Source: Promethearchaeota archaeon Loki_b32 (GTDB lineage Archaea > Asgardarchaeota > Lokiarchaeia > Sigyniarchaeales > SOKP01). Taken from it: a stretch of 64,000 nt of DNA. Location: contig NJBH01000009.1 of the NCBI GenBank assembly GCA_005223125.1, positions 1-64,000 of the forward strand, in the 5' to 3' direction. The position numbers were made by a program, and so were the translations under genes. Under the pieces are notes generated by a model. The model was not told where the DNA came from, searched no databases, and was given only the letters and a program-made list of their open reading frames with translations. Shown here piece by piece: positions 30,239 through 40,585 of the stretch (positions within the stretch are counted from its first letter, which is position 1; every line of letters begins with the position of its first letter).

Positions 30239-30763
30239 TTATCGATTTTCTTCTTTTTCGTGGTGTAACATAACTACAATACCTAGTATCAACATCGCCG
30301 AGTCATCTGAAACCGCAGGATTTATCTTCACACCATAGGTTCCTTTTATTTTAAATAATTTTTTGCTTATTTCAGCAACTTCTTTACCATCTTTTATAAT
30401 TTTATATTTTAAAGCCCAAATATTACCTTTCATCTTAAATAGCTTTGTTTCATTCGGGGCCTCAAACCAATAATTAGGTTTTACAGATACTAATTTCCTT
30501 TTAAGCTTACCAATTAATTTATCTTCATCTTCTTCTCCACCTTCATAAAATTTATAGGTGGAGCGCATAGAAACAACTTTCTCATGAACCGTTAATAATG
30601 CGTTATCACTGAGATCCCTCAAACGATAAGTATTACCAATTTTTATTAATTTTCCCTTAAAATAGCCAAGTTCTTCTCTATCTGGAGTCATTACCTTAAC
30701 TTTATCTTTAAAAGACATTAGTTTCTCTTGAAGTAAAAATTCTCTTTGTTTAGTTAATTCCAT
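30239..30763 (-). CDS. LURP-one / Tubby-C / scramblase-like protein
   Basis: EKLMSF, KGNIW..KYKI..DG.EVAEISKK, TYGV. Confidence 0.85.
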   Translation of the reverse strand: MELTKQREFLLQEKLMSFKDKVKVMTPDREELGYFKGKLIKIGNTYRLRDLSDNALLTVHEKVVSMRSTYKFYEGGEEDEDKLIGKLKRKLVSVKPNYWFEAPNETKLFKMKGNIWALKYKIIKDGKEVAEISKKLFKIKGTYGVKINPAVSDDSAMLILGIVVMLHHEKEENR

Positions 30764-30881
30764 CCATACCTCAACTTAATTTTATAATACTTTTTTTAAT
30801 AAAATATTGAAATTCAAGTTTAAAAATATATGTACTTGACAAAAAAATAAAAAAGAATAAAGGAATTTTGATAAAATAAAG

Positions 30882-32753
30882 TTAACCTTTAATTGATTTT
30901 CCCTGTTCAAGTTTAGTAAAATCTTTTTCTTGAAGTTCACGTCGCTGAACTTTACCAGTCATACTAACTGGCATTTTTCTTACAAATTCAATATATTTTG
31001 GCGATTTCCATTTAGCCATATTTTCTCTTGCCCACTCTTTCAACTGCTCACTTGTAATATCTCTATCTGCTTTAAAACCTTTCTTTAAGGTTACCCAGGC
31101 TTTAACCGCTTCACCAGTCATTTCATCAGGTAATCCGGCCACCGCAACTTCATCTATTTTTTCATGATGTCCCATAAGTTCTTCAACCTCTTTTGGAAAT
31201 ACAGAATGTCCTGAAACTTTAATTAAGGATTTTTTGCGATCTCGTATCTCGACCCATCCATGCTCGTCCATAAACCCAATATCACCTGTAAGTAACCAAC
31301 GTTTTCCACTCCAATATTTCAAATTATCTTCTTGTTCTTTTTGTTTTCCTAGATATCCTAACATGATATGCGGCCCTGCACAACAAATTTCTCCCGTATT
31401 CTCGATACCAAAACCTCCTCTTTCTTTTGTACCATCACAAATTGGTCCTGCTTCAAAATTATCTGAAGGGAAAATAGCCCAATCTGCGCCTGGTAATGGT
31501 AATCCCAGTTTTCCAGACTTGGTTGGCCCCCAGAAAGGAGCCACACTCTGTACAGGCGAAGTTTCCGTTAATCCATAACCAGCGCGTATTGGGCAAAAAA
31601 TTGACTCAAAAGGATCCTTTACATAAGAATGCAATGGACCTGCTCCTTGTGTGGCATATCTCAGTTTCTTCCACAAATCATATTTCTTTTTAAATTCATC
31701 AACACCCATTTGTTGTACAAAATCTGTAAACCTTTTAAACCACATTTCGACTCCTGTATATATTATTCCTTCAGGAGTATCTATCTTATTGATTGCTTCG
31801 CATAGAACATCATCTGAAGGTGGTTTTGGGAATAGAAGCATAACCATTCCTATACCAAGAGCAGCATTCATGACACAAGTCATACCAAAGCTATGAAAAA
31901 AGGGAATTGATCCTATAGTTACCACACCTGGCCCTAGATTTGTCCAAGGTTTAATCATATTTAGATTAGCACTTAGATTAGCATGTGAAAGCATTGCAAC
32001 TTTAGGTAGTCCAGTAGTACCTCCAGTCATGAGATATATCGCAGGATCTATCCAAGGATCAATATCAACCTTAATTTCTTCTGGCTGTGTTTCTTGAATA
32101 ATTTTATCCATCCAGTATACTTTATAATTTTCAGTTTCATCGGGTATTTTGTCTCGAGCACTTGGTACACCTAACTTCTCAATTGTATCCTCATCTGCAG
32201 TGAAAAAATCTACAAAATTTGAAGGTATTAAAAATTTTACAGCAGTTTTAGGGAGTACGTCTTTAGGACCAGCAATATATAACATATCCATCATAACAAA
32301 TACTTTTGCTTTAGTCATATTTAAGGAATGCAAAAGCTCCATTGGTCTATAAGTAGGATTAATACCCTGGGCAATAGCACCAATATACTGACAACCCATA
32401 TAAGCAACCACAAAATTGATAGAATTTGGTAGATCAATAGCAACAATATCACCTTTTCTAATCCCAAGAGTTTGATGAAGAAACGTCCCAAAGCGTTTTC
32501 CATAATCAAATATAGTTCTTAATTTTACACGCTCTATATATGGACCATACACGAAAATACAGATATCATTGTCCAATGTCCCATATAACTCTGTAGCTTT
32601 TAAAAAGTATTCCCACATTGGTAAAATTTCTACATCTTCAACGTCTCTTAGTTGTTTTGGCACACCTTCAGGCCAATAACCTCCTTCTTCAGGACTTACG
32701 AACCAAACTTTTTTTTCGTCAACTAAAAATTCTGGATCATCTAAACTTTTCAT
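30882..32753 (-). CDS. long-chain-fatty-acid--CoA ligase
   Basis: TGGTTGLPK, GYGLTE, TGDIG, RDRKK, GK. Confidence 0.92.
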   Translation of the reverse strand: MKSLDDPEFLVDEKKVWFVSPEEGGYWPEGVPKQLRDVEDVEILPMWEYFLKATELYGTLDNDICIFVYGPYIERVKLRTIFDYGKRFGTFLHQTLGIRKGDIVAIDLPNSINFVVAYMGCQYIGAIAQGINPTYRPMELLHSLNMTKAKVFVMMDMLYIAGPKDVLPKTAVKFLIPSNFVDFFTADEDTIEKLGVPSARDKIPDETENYKVYWMDKIIQETQPEEIKVDIDPWIDPAIYLMTGGTTGLPKVAMLSHANLSANLNMIKPWTNLGPGVVTIGSIPFFHSFGMTCVMNAALGIGMVMLLFPKPPSDDVLCEAINKIDTPEGIIYTGVEMWFKRFTDFVQQMGVDEFKKKYDLWKKLRYATQGAGPLHSYVKDPFESIFCPIRAGYGLTETSPVQSVAPFWGPTKSGKLGLPLPGADWAIFPSDNFEAGPICDGTKERGGFGIENTGEICCAGPHIMLGYLGKQKEQEDNLKYWSGKRWLLTGDIGFMDEHGWVEIRDRKKSLIKVSGHSVFPKEVEELMGHHEKIDEVAVAGLPDEMTGEAVKAWVTLKKGFKADRDITSEQLKEWARENMAKWKSPKYIEFVRKMPVSMTGKVQRRELQEKDFTKLEQGKSIKG

Positions 32754-32868
32754 TTTAAATATCCTTTTTTTATTGTATTTTAAAATATTATTTCTTTTTA
32801 AAATGATGGTTAATTAAAAAGAATAATTGTATTCACAATTAAATCGAAGAATGGTTTATAGATAATAA

Positions 32869-33726
32869 ATGAGTTTTAAAAAAAAACTTGCTGAAAAGTT
32901 AAATAATACGTTAGATGAGGGGGAGCTCTCACTTCTTCCACGAGGTTTTCAGACTTTGGGGAAAATTATTATTATAAAATTAAATTCAAAATTATTTGAT
33001 AAAAAAGATATCATTGCCCAAGCATACCTAGATTTACTTCCTAAAATGAGAGCAGTTTACTTAAATATGGGTAGAATTGTAGGAACATGTAGAGAACCAG
33101 AAAATATTGAATACATCATGGGAGAAGATGATCCTATTGTTGAACATAAAGAACACGATGTAATTTACAGGTTCAATATAACTAAAATCATGTTTAGTAA
33201 GGGAAATATTAATGAAAGAAAATATCTCGCAACCTTAGTTAAAAATGGAGAAATAATTGTTGATATGTTTGCGGGAATAGGATATTTTTCACTTCCTATT
33301 GCAAAACACTCTGGTGTAGAAAGAATTTATAGCATTGAACTAAATCCTGAATCATACAAATTTTTCCTGGAAAATATTAAACTTAATCATTTAGAAAAAA
33401 TAATTTTTCCAATTAAGGGGGATTGCAAGATCGAGGTTGTAAAACTTAGTGAATCGGGAATTAGAGCTGATAGAGTCATCATGGGTGTTTTTCCTGCTCC
33501 TAAGGATTACATAAGAGAAGCATTATCTTTAGTAAAAGATAAAGGAACGATGTTTCACTATGAAGGGGTGGTAGAGAAAGATAATTTCTTTCCTCTATTT
33601 GAAGAATTTAAAGAAATAACACTTAAGGAAGGATACAAATGTGAATTAAATTCACATAGATTTGTTAAAAGTTATGGTCCTCACTTAAATCATGTTGTTT
33701 TAGATAATTTTGTCTTTAAAATTTAG
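32869..33726 (+). CDS. Trm5/Taw2 (Met-10+) family SAM-dependent tRNA-modifying enzyme
   Basis: MFSKGNINER, DMFAGIGYF, ELNPES, ADRVIMG, HY, VKSYGP. Confidence 0.9.
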   Translation: MSFKKKLAEKLNNTLDEGELSLLPRGFQTLGKIIIIKLNSKLFDKKDIIAQAYLDLLPKMRAVYLNMGRIVGTCREPENIEYIMGEDDPIVEHKEHDVIYRFNITKIMFSKGNINERKYLATLVKNGEIIVDMFAGIGYFSLPIAKHSGVERIYSIELNPESYKFFLENIKLNHLEKIIFPIKGDCKIEVVKLSESGIRADRVIMGVFPAPKDYIREALSLVKDKGTMFHYEGVVEKDNFFPLFEEFKEITLKEGYKCELNSHRFVKSYGPHLNHVVLDNFVFKI

Positions 33727-33776
33727 ATAATTTTATTTATAGAATAGAAGAAATATATCTTATATAGAAGTGAAGA

Positions 33777-35039
33777 GTGAACCATAAAATGATTGGTTTA
33801 GATTATAGTCATAATAATTTTTTAGTATTAGAATCGTCTAGTTTTGGCGAATTTACGCAGTTCCTGTTTACATCTGGATATAAATTAGGTAAAATCGAGA
33901 CTGGATTTAATTCTTTAGACAATTTAGATAAGTACAATGTAATAATACTCTCAACTCCTCGAAATACGAGTTTAAAATTGAATGAGATTAAAATACTTGA
34001 GAAATATGTAAAAAATGGAGGAAGTCTTTTAATTGTCAGTTCTAGTGGAGGAGATTATACAAATAGTACGAATTTAAATGATTTAACACAAAAATTTGGA
34101 TTTGAATTTGTATCAGATGAGATATATGATTCAGTGAATTATGTCAATCTTCAAAAAAGACCTATTATCACTAAAATTAAACCTCATGTAATAACAGACC
34201 AAATTAAAAAAATTGTTTTTTCAAGTACTTGTTCTACAAAAATCTTAGATTTTATCGAGGATGAGAAGAATGTAAAAATACAGGGTGTAATGCAATCTGG
34301 ATTAAATTGTTGGCGTAAACGTTATGATGGAGAATATTGGGTTGAAGAAGACAGTCCCAAGATTCAATTGATGGTTGTTGTGGAATATTTTAAGGGTAAA
34401 GTTGTTGGTTTTGGAAATCTTAGTATATTTTCATCTCTTGCCCGTGAGTATGGTTTTTCTGCTTTTGATAATGATATTTTAATAGCAAATATTCTGAGTT
34501 TTTTAATAGGAAGTTTAGAATCTGAAGGAAAACCGGTGACAATTGAATTAAATTTAGATTTATATTATTGGGTTGAAGGTATTGTTAAAAAAGAAAAATG
34601 GGATAATGTTTCAGATCTTATTAATGTAAGTCTTAAATACTTTAAAGATAATTACGATACTATTATAAAGGAAATTAAAAAATTACGATTAGAGAGATTA
34701 GAGAAAAGGAAAGCATACAAAAAAACGATAGAAGAAAAAGAAAGAAAAGAAATTCCTGAGGATGATGTGATAGATAAAGTTCCGGTTTTAGTAAGAAAGA
34801 AAGAAGATCTTGAAGATATTATGGATGCTTTAGGAGATTTAACTGGTGAAAAATATGAAATTTCCATTGAATTGGATGATGAAGAAGGAAATTTACCTGG
34901 AAAGAAATCACTATTAGATTATACAGATGATGATATAGATGAATTTGAGAAGGGATTTCCTAAAAAAGCAATTTGGCACGGAAAACCAACCATCGCATTT
35001 AAAGAGTGGTTGGATAAAAAATATAAAAATCAAAATTAG
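33777..35039 (+). CDS. GldG/IFT52-like (class I GATase-like) domain + RHH-like segment + coiled coil + acidic tail
   Basis: LDKYNVIILSTP, EIKILEKYVKNGGSLLI, LNDLTQKFG, GKVVGFG, DN..LIANI. Confidence 0.65.
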   Translation: MNHKMIGLDYSHNNFLVLESSSFGEFTQFLFTSGYKLGKIETGFNSLDNLDKYNVIILSTPRNTSLKLNEIKILEKYVKNGGSLLIVSSSGGDYTNSTNLNDLTQKFGFEFVSDEIYDSVNYVNLQKRPIITKIKPHVITDQIKKIVFSSTCSTKILDFIEDEKNVKIQGVMQSGLNCWRKRYDGEYWVEEDSPKIQLMVVVEYFKGKVVGFGNLSIFSSLAREYGFSAFDNDILIANILSFLIGSLESEGKPVTIELNLDLYYWVEGIVKKEKWDNVSDLINVSLKYFKDNYDTIIKEIKKLRLERLEKRKAYKKTIEEKERKEIPEDDVIDKVPVLVRKKEDLEDIMDALGDLTGEKYEISIELDDEEGNLPGKKSLLDYTDDDIDEFEKGFPKKAIWHGKPTIAFKEWLDKKYKNQN

Positions 35040-35081
35040 TCTAACACTAAAATAGATATTAAATCTATTATTCTATTTCTT

Positions 35082-36488
35082 ATGCATCATTTCTTATTCG
35101 TGTTAGGCTCCAATTGGCGTTTAAGTTTAGCAGAATTAGACAACTATCTTAAATATTCTCAAAATAAAGGAAAAATTGTAGATTATTCTGCTAATATTGC
35201 TATAGTAGAGTTTGAAAAACTTCACCAAGATAGACAGTATATAAATAAACTCATGGAGATCCAATTCATTTTAGGAGGTTGTCAAAAGATTGCTGAAATT
35301 TATGATTTTATTGATATTAAGACCATCCAAGATGCATTTCCAATACAAATCAATAAGTTTCGTTATGTAGAAAAATCTAGGAAGAAGATCCTTCATATTA
35401 TTGACAACTTAATTATTGGAAAACAAGGAATTTTCCCTAAAGTTTATGAGAGTATGTTTTTTGCTACCTCTATTTATCCAAATCTTTATGATGATAAATA
35501 TTATTCTGATATTTTGGTTAAACATTTCTTACCGTTTCTAAATAAAGAAATCATGGAAATTCTCAAACAAAAAGGTGCTGAAAAGGCATTATATTATCAA
35601 TATCCTGAAAAAAATATAAAATCAGGTAATTTGAATCCAATTTTTCCACATCATATAATTAAATATGAATTACTAAGTCAAAATAGAGCGGAAATAATTT
35701 TTGGGTTTACAGAAGAAGGAGTATATATAGCAAGAACATTTACTACAGATGACCCCAATTTTAAAAAGAGGATTGATGAAGAACGACCATATAAGGAATT
35801 TGAAAGTGCTATTTCTCCAAAATTAGCAGTGATAATGCTAAACTTCCTGAATTTATTTGAAAATAGAGAAAATAAAAAAATCCTTGATCCCTTTATTGGA
35901 AATGGGACAATTGGATTGTTTGCTATTCTACAAGATTTTCAAATACATGGTTCAGATATTAATAATCAGAAAGTTAAAAACACAATCCGTAATTTTTATT
36001 GGCTATTAGAATTATTGGAAGAAGAAATACCTCCATTTATTAACAAAAGAGTTTTGAATCATGATGCAAGAAATTTATCTGATGCTTTTGAACTAGATTT
36101 CTTTGATGGTATATCTACTGAACCAAATTTAGGTCCTTTTTACAAAAAAAAACCTTATTACACACAAGCTAAAGAATTATTAGATATGGAATTAGAACCC
36201 TTATATGATGAATTCTTTAGAGAAGCTTATCAAATTTTAAAACCTAATTGTAGGATATGTTTTGTTTCTCCGATCATTAGTACTGTTGATGGGAACGACA
36301 TTCAAGTAAATATCGAAAAACTAGCGCGTAAAAATAAATTTAGGCTTGTACCATTATTAGATCTTAATCGGATAAATAACAAAATTAATCAAAAACTTAA
36401 ATTTGGAAAACAGCATGTAAAAACTTTAATTGATGCTAAAAAAGGACAAATCATTAAAAGAAAATTGTATGTATTAGAAAAACAATGA
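35082..36488 (+). CDS. Trm11/UPF0020-like RNA methyltransferase
   Basis: LG....LSLAEL, ERP, ISPKLA..MLN, LDPFIGNGT, GSDIN, DA, TEPNLGP. Confidence 0.8.
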   Translation: MHHFLFVLGSNWRLSLAELDNYLKYSQNKGKIVDYSANIAIVEFEKLHQDRQYINKLMEIQFILGGCQKIAEIYDFIDIKTIQDAFPIQINKFRYVEKSRKKILHIIDNLIIGKQGIFPKVYESMFFATSIYPNLYDDKYYSDILVKHFLPFLNKEIMEILKQKGAEKALYYQYPEKNIKSGNLNPIFPHHIIKYELLSQNRAEIIFGFTEEGVYIARTFTTDDPNFKKRIDEERPYKEFESAISPKLAVIMLNFLNLFENRENKKILDPFIGNGTIGLFAILQDFQIHGSDINNQKVKNTIRNFYWLLELLEEEIPPFINKRVLNHDARNLSDAFELDFFDGISTEPNLGPFYKKKPYYTQAKELLDMELEPLYDEFFREAYQILKPNCRICFVSPIISTVDGNDIQVNIEKLARKNKFRLVPLLDLNRINNKINQKLKFGKQHVKTLIDAKKGQIIKRKLYVLEKQ

Positions 36489-36494
36489 GATAAA

Positions 36495-37166
36495 ATGGAA
36501 TTTAGTGAAATTTTCGACAAAATCGAAGAACAATTAGAAGGAGAAGCTCATTTAGATGAATTAGCTAGAAAAAAACAAGATCCATTTAAAATTTTAATAT
36601 CAACGATATTGTCAGCACGAACGAGAGATGCAAATACTAGAATTGCTACTGAAAAATTATTTGCTAAATTCAGTACGCCAAAAACTATAGCTGAAGCTAA
36701 TCTTGATGAAATTGAACTACTTATAAGATCATCAGGATTCTATAAAGTTAAAGCTGCTCGAATTAAAGATGTCTCAAGAATATTAGTTGAAAGATATAAT
36801 AGCAATGTCCCTGATAATTATGAGGAATTAATAAGTTTACCTGGCGTAGGGAGTAAAACTGCTAATTGTGTGTTAGTATATGCTTATAAAGTGCCTGCAA
36901 TTCCAGTAGATGTACATGTACATAGAATTTCGAATAGATTGGGTTGGGTAAAAACCAAAACGCCTCCCAAAACAGAAGTAGCTCTAAAAAATACAATCCC
37001 CAAAGAACTTTGGTTAAAATTAAATAGATTAATTGTAAGATTTGGACAGCAAATATGCATATCAATCAAACCAAAGTGTGAAAGCTGCTCTATTAATAAT
37101 ATATGCCCTAAAGATTTTTCCATGGAATTGGCTATTAAAAAAAAAATAAAAAATAAATATAATTAA
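36495..37166 (+). CDS. nth: endonuclease III
   Basis: PFKILISTILS, LPGVGSKTA, VDVHVHR, C-x6-C-x2-C-x5-C. Confidence 0.95.
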   Translation: MEFSEIFDKIEEQLEGEAHLDELARKKQDPFKILISTILSARTRDANTRIATEKLFAKFSTPKTIAEANLDEIELLIRSSGFYKVKAARIKDVSRILVERYNSNVPDNYEELISLPGVGSKTANCVLVYAYKVPAIPVDVHVHRISNRLGWVKTKTPPKTEVALKNTIPKELWLKLNRLIVRFGQQICISIKPKCESCSINNICPKDFSMELAIKKKIKNKYN

Positions 37167-37175
37167 GGTGTTATT

Positions 37176-37318
37176 ATGAATTCAAGATATGATTCTTATT
37201 ATGATTTGTATTGGGTGCTTGTGAAATATGTCTCATGAATGAAATAGGTAAAATTGAAGCCAAAGCGAAAGAATGGGATATGAAATTAGATAAAGTGAAA
37301 TGTTTTGGCTGCAAAAAT
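37176..37318 (+). pseudogene. decayed DUF3795-like gene
   Basis: AGGTG SD, MNSRYDSYYDLY then frameshift to GACEICLMNE...KEWDMK..VKCFGCK; truncated at rhomboid 3' end. Confidence 0.6.
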
Positions 37319-37903
37319 TTAATACGTAAGTCTATTTCGCTTTCGAGTGTAGAATAAATATCCAAAAGCAATTCCTGCTAATAAACCAAATATATGAGCC
37401 CAAAAGTTTATACCAGGTAAAAATGAAGTGACTATAAAAAATACGATATAGAAAAATGCAAAAAATAAGAGTGTTGGCTCATCTGTTGCGATCATTGTAA
37501 AAACAACACCAAGCAACCCAAAAATGGCTCCTGAAGCACCTAAACTGATATCTGTTGGTGAAAGGAGGAATAAAGAAAATAAATTGCCAATTAAACCTGA
37601 AAGAAAATAGATAAGTAAAAATTGTATTTTGGAAATGTCTTTATTGTTTTCGATAGTTGCTCCAAACAAAAGTAGACCAAACATATTTGAAAATAAATGT
37701 AAAATATCACCGTGAAGGAACATCGCAGTTATGAGCCTCCAGACTTCATATTCATTGATTATGTTTCTATTGATTTGCACTAAGAAAAGTATCACTTCCT
37801 CTGGCGCAGCTAAATTTATGAGAAAGAAACTTAGAATATTAACGAAAATTAAAGTTAATGTTATCCTAGCATCTTTTAAACTCTCAATATCTAAAACCAT
37901 CAT
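37319..37903 (-). CDS. rhomboid family intramembrane serine protease
   Basis: WRLITAMFLH, HLFSNM, GASG, AHIFG. Confidence 0.95.
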   Translation of the reverse strand: MMVLDIESLKDARITLTLIFVNILSFFLINLAAPEEVILFLVQINRNIINEYEVWRLITAMFLHGDILHLFSNMFGLLLFGATIENNKDISKIQFLLIYFLSGLIGNLFSLFLLSPTDISLGASGAIFGLLGVVFTMIATDEPTLLFFAFFYIVFFIVTSFLPGINFWAHIFGLLAGIAFGYLFYTRKRNRLTY

Positions 37904-37999
37904 ATGAATAAACCGCTATTAGAACAGTTTATAATTATTATAACAAAGTATAATAATTTGTTTTTATATTATTTTTTTAATATAAAAAGTTGATATTAA

Positions 38000-39223
38000 T
38001 TGGAAAGAAACATAAGAACCAAGGACAAATTTAAACTAAAGAAAAAAAGGTTATTAGATGCCCTTATTTTAAATAATATCTTAAAGGATAAACGTTTAAT
38101 GAAAGCTTTTATGGACGTTCCCTTAGAACAATTTATTCCTGAAAAATTCGTCAATGTCGTCAAACTTTATGAGGATGTACCAAATTTATTTTATTATGAT
38201 GAACAGAATCCAAATAAGTATAGAACGATTTCTGCTCCTCATATGATAACTATTATGCTTCAAGGTCTTTCTTTAACTGAAGACGATGATTTATTGATAT
38301 TAGGAGCAAAAAGTGGATATATTGCGACTCTAGCACATAAACTAGCACCAAAGGGAGAGATCATAATTCTTGAGGCACACTCTGAAATCGCTAAACTTAC
38401 ATCTGAAAACTTAAAGAGATTAAAATTAGATAGTAATATCTCAATAATTGTTAAAAACCCACTTAATGGAATGCCAGAATTAAGCCCTTGGCAAAAAATT
38501 TTAGTAACTGGATCAATTGAACAGCCTAAGATACATCCTTTATTAAATCAGCTTGATGATAATGGAGGAGTTTTATTCGCGCCAATTGGTCCGGAGTTTG
38601 TACAAATGTATACCCAAATTCTAAGACAGAATAATGAATATTTTGGAAAGAAAAAATTGCAGGTAAAATTTTCTCCCTTAATCACGCAAGTTGAATTAGA
38701 TGAGATTGAACTGATAACTGATCTTGATGATTATGAAATAATCGATGACTTTAATAAAGTAAATAGTACTTTAGGTCAATTTCCAACCAGAGTTCAAATC
38801 AAATATACTTCAGATATAGTTGATAATGTGACACCAGAATCGCATTTTAAAATTGAATCGATAGACAAGGAACAACAAAAATTAGTTATAACTTATCTAA
38901 AGAGCATAGAACTAACGATTAAGAATTTAAAGAAAGAGTATAATATCGATAAATGTTTCAATTATGTCGAAGATGTTGAAATAAAGCTCGAAGATCTAAA
39001 AAAATTTAAAAAATTATTTCAAATTAAGATAAAAAGGATGCAAAATATCTTAAATCAAATAAGAGCATATAATATTATAAGAAAAGAATTAGAGAAAAAA
39101 AAATTATCAGACGATAAAATATTAAATAAAAAGGTTGAAATTATCAACAAACAAATTGAACAAATTAACAACTTTTTAGAAATCCTTAAAGAGGATATAA
39201 GTAACGTTAAAACCTTATATTAA
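38000..39223 (+). CDS. protein-L-isoaspartate O-methyltransferase-like protein with long C-terminal coiled coil
   Basis: AFMDVPLEQF, TISAPHM, LILGAKSGY (variant of EIGTGSGY), QL..GG.L.APIG. Confidence 0.75.
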   Translation: MERNIRTKDKFKLKKKRLLDALILNNILKDKRLMKAFMDVPLEQFIPEKFVNVVKLYEDVPNLFYYDEQNPNKYRTISAPHMITIMLQGLSLTEDDDLLILGAKSGYIATLAHKLAPKGEIIILEAHSEIAKLTSENLKRLKLDSNISIIVKNPLNGMPELSPWQKILVTGSIEQPKIHPLLNQLDDNGGVLFAPIGPEFVQMYTQILRQNNEYFGKKKLQVKFSPLITQVELDEIELITDLDDYEIIDDFNKVNSTLGQFPTRVQIKYTSDIVDNVTPESHFKIESIDKEQQKLVITYLKSIELTIKNLKKEYNIDKCFNYVEDVEIKLEDLKKFKKLFQIKIKRMQNILNQIRAYNIIRKELEKKKLSDDKILNKKVEIINKQIEQINNFLEILKEDISNVKTLY

Positions 39224-39250
39224 ATATTCAAATCTTTATTCTATATAGAT

Positions 39251-39763
39251 TTATTTTTGATGTTCAAGAAATTCTAAAACAGCTTTCATAAAATCTGGTA
39301 AATCACTTGGCATTCGTGAAGTAATCAAATTATTATCAATCACAACTGAAGAATCTACGAATATAGCACCAGCATTTAACATATCATCTTTTATTGCAAA
39401 ATAACTAGTTGCCTTACGACCTCGCACTATTTTTGCAGATATTAAAACCCATCCAGCATGGCAAATAGCACCTACTAATTTTCCCTGTTCATTGATTTTA
39501 GAAACGAAATCAAGGATATCCTTATCTCTTCTAAGATAATCAGGATTTTTAGTACCTCCGGGTATTATCACACCATTATAATCATTAGGATTTACTTCTT
39601 TTATCAATTTATCCGGTTTTATTGGATATCCGTGTTTTCCTTTAATTTCTCTTCTATGTAAACTAATTAATTCGGTTTCATAACCAGCTTCGTTCAACCT
39701 AATACGGGGATAGTGAAGTTCAAGATCCTCATACCCATCTGTAGCTATAATTGCTATTTTAAT
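39251..39763 (-). CDS. pfpI: PfpI/DJ-1 family intracellular protease/deglycase; ATT start
   Basis: (M)KIAIIATDGYEDLELHYP, IPGG, AICHA, TSR.P.DL; GAGGTGA-N6-ATT at 39763. Confidence 0.9.
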   Translation of the reverse strand: MKIAIIATDGYEDLELHYPRIRLNEAGYETELISLHRREIKGKHGYPIKPDKLIKEVNPNDYNGVIIPGGTKNPDYLRRDKDILDFVSKINEQGKLVGAICHAGWVLISAKIVRGRKATSYFAIKDDMLNAGAIFVDSSVVIDNNLITSRMPSDLPDFMKAVLEFLEHQK

Positions 39764-39785
39764 CTTAGTTCACCTCTTTAAATCA

Positions 39786-40430
39786 TTAAAAACTCATAAT
39801 ATTTAAGAATCCTATATAGACTACTATAATCCCCATAATTGTAAATACATAATTATAAGGAGGTGATATTAACCTATATGGGGTCTTTTTCTTGTATTGT
39901 TCGTAGTTTTTTCCAAAGTTTGGGATATTTACATATTTTTCTTCTAAAAAGCATAACAAATCTGTTAAAATAATCAAGATTGGAGAAAATACTATAGCTA
40001 TAAATGAGTCAAATATGAATGTGATTCCTAAATAAAATAATAGCCATGATAAATATTGAGGATGCCTCATAATCTCATAAACGCCCTTTTTTAACAATTT
40101 TGGGCTCTCTTTCTCATAATTTGCTTTTTTTAACAATTTTATAGTTAGTGAATGGATTTTCATTCCAAATACAATTAAAATTATGCCTATTAGTATAAAC
40201 CATAACCAATATTTATAAAAATAACTTATATTTTCACTAAAAAAGGGTTGGAAAAAGCTTGAATTTGCGATTGGGATTAGAGCTATGCAAATAATCCAAA
40301 TTACAGGAAAAATCTTCTTATACCACTCACTAAATTTAGGTTTAATAGATTTATATCCAGATAAGATTATCCAATTAATAACAAAATTTATCAGAAAGAT
40401 AAGAATTAAAATCAATATTATAATTAGCAT
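39786..40430 (-). CDS. Ste14/PEMT family methyltransferase-like membrane protein
   Basis: KGVYEIMRHPQY, EE..., FG..YEQYKKKTP. Confidence 0.8.
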   Translation of the reverse strand: MLIIILILILIFLINFVINWIILSGYKSIKPKFSEWYKKIFPVIWIICIALIPIANSSFFQPFFSENISYFYKYWLWFILIGIILIVFGMKIHSLTIKLLKKANYEKESPKLLKKGVYEIMRHPQYLSWLLFYLGITFIFDSFIAIVFSPILIILTDLLCFLEEKYVNIPNFGKNYEQYKKKTPYRLISPPYNYVFTIMGIIVVYIGFLNIMSF

Positions 40431-40585
40431 AAGATCCTCAAGTCTATATTATTACTTTATAACGCTAAATAGTATAAAATAGTCATCAATATAAAAAATA
40501 ATTTATTTTTATCATTCTTGATGAGATAAAGATAATTAAAAAAAAGAAGAAAAAAAGAATTTGTATTTATAAATATTTAAAAAAA

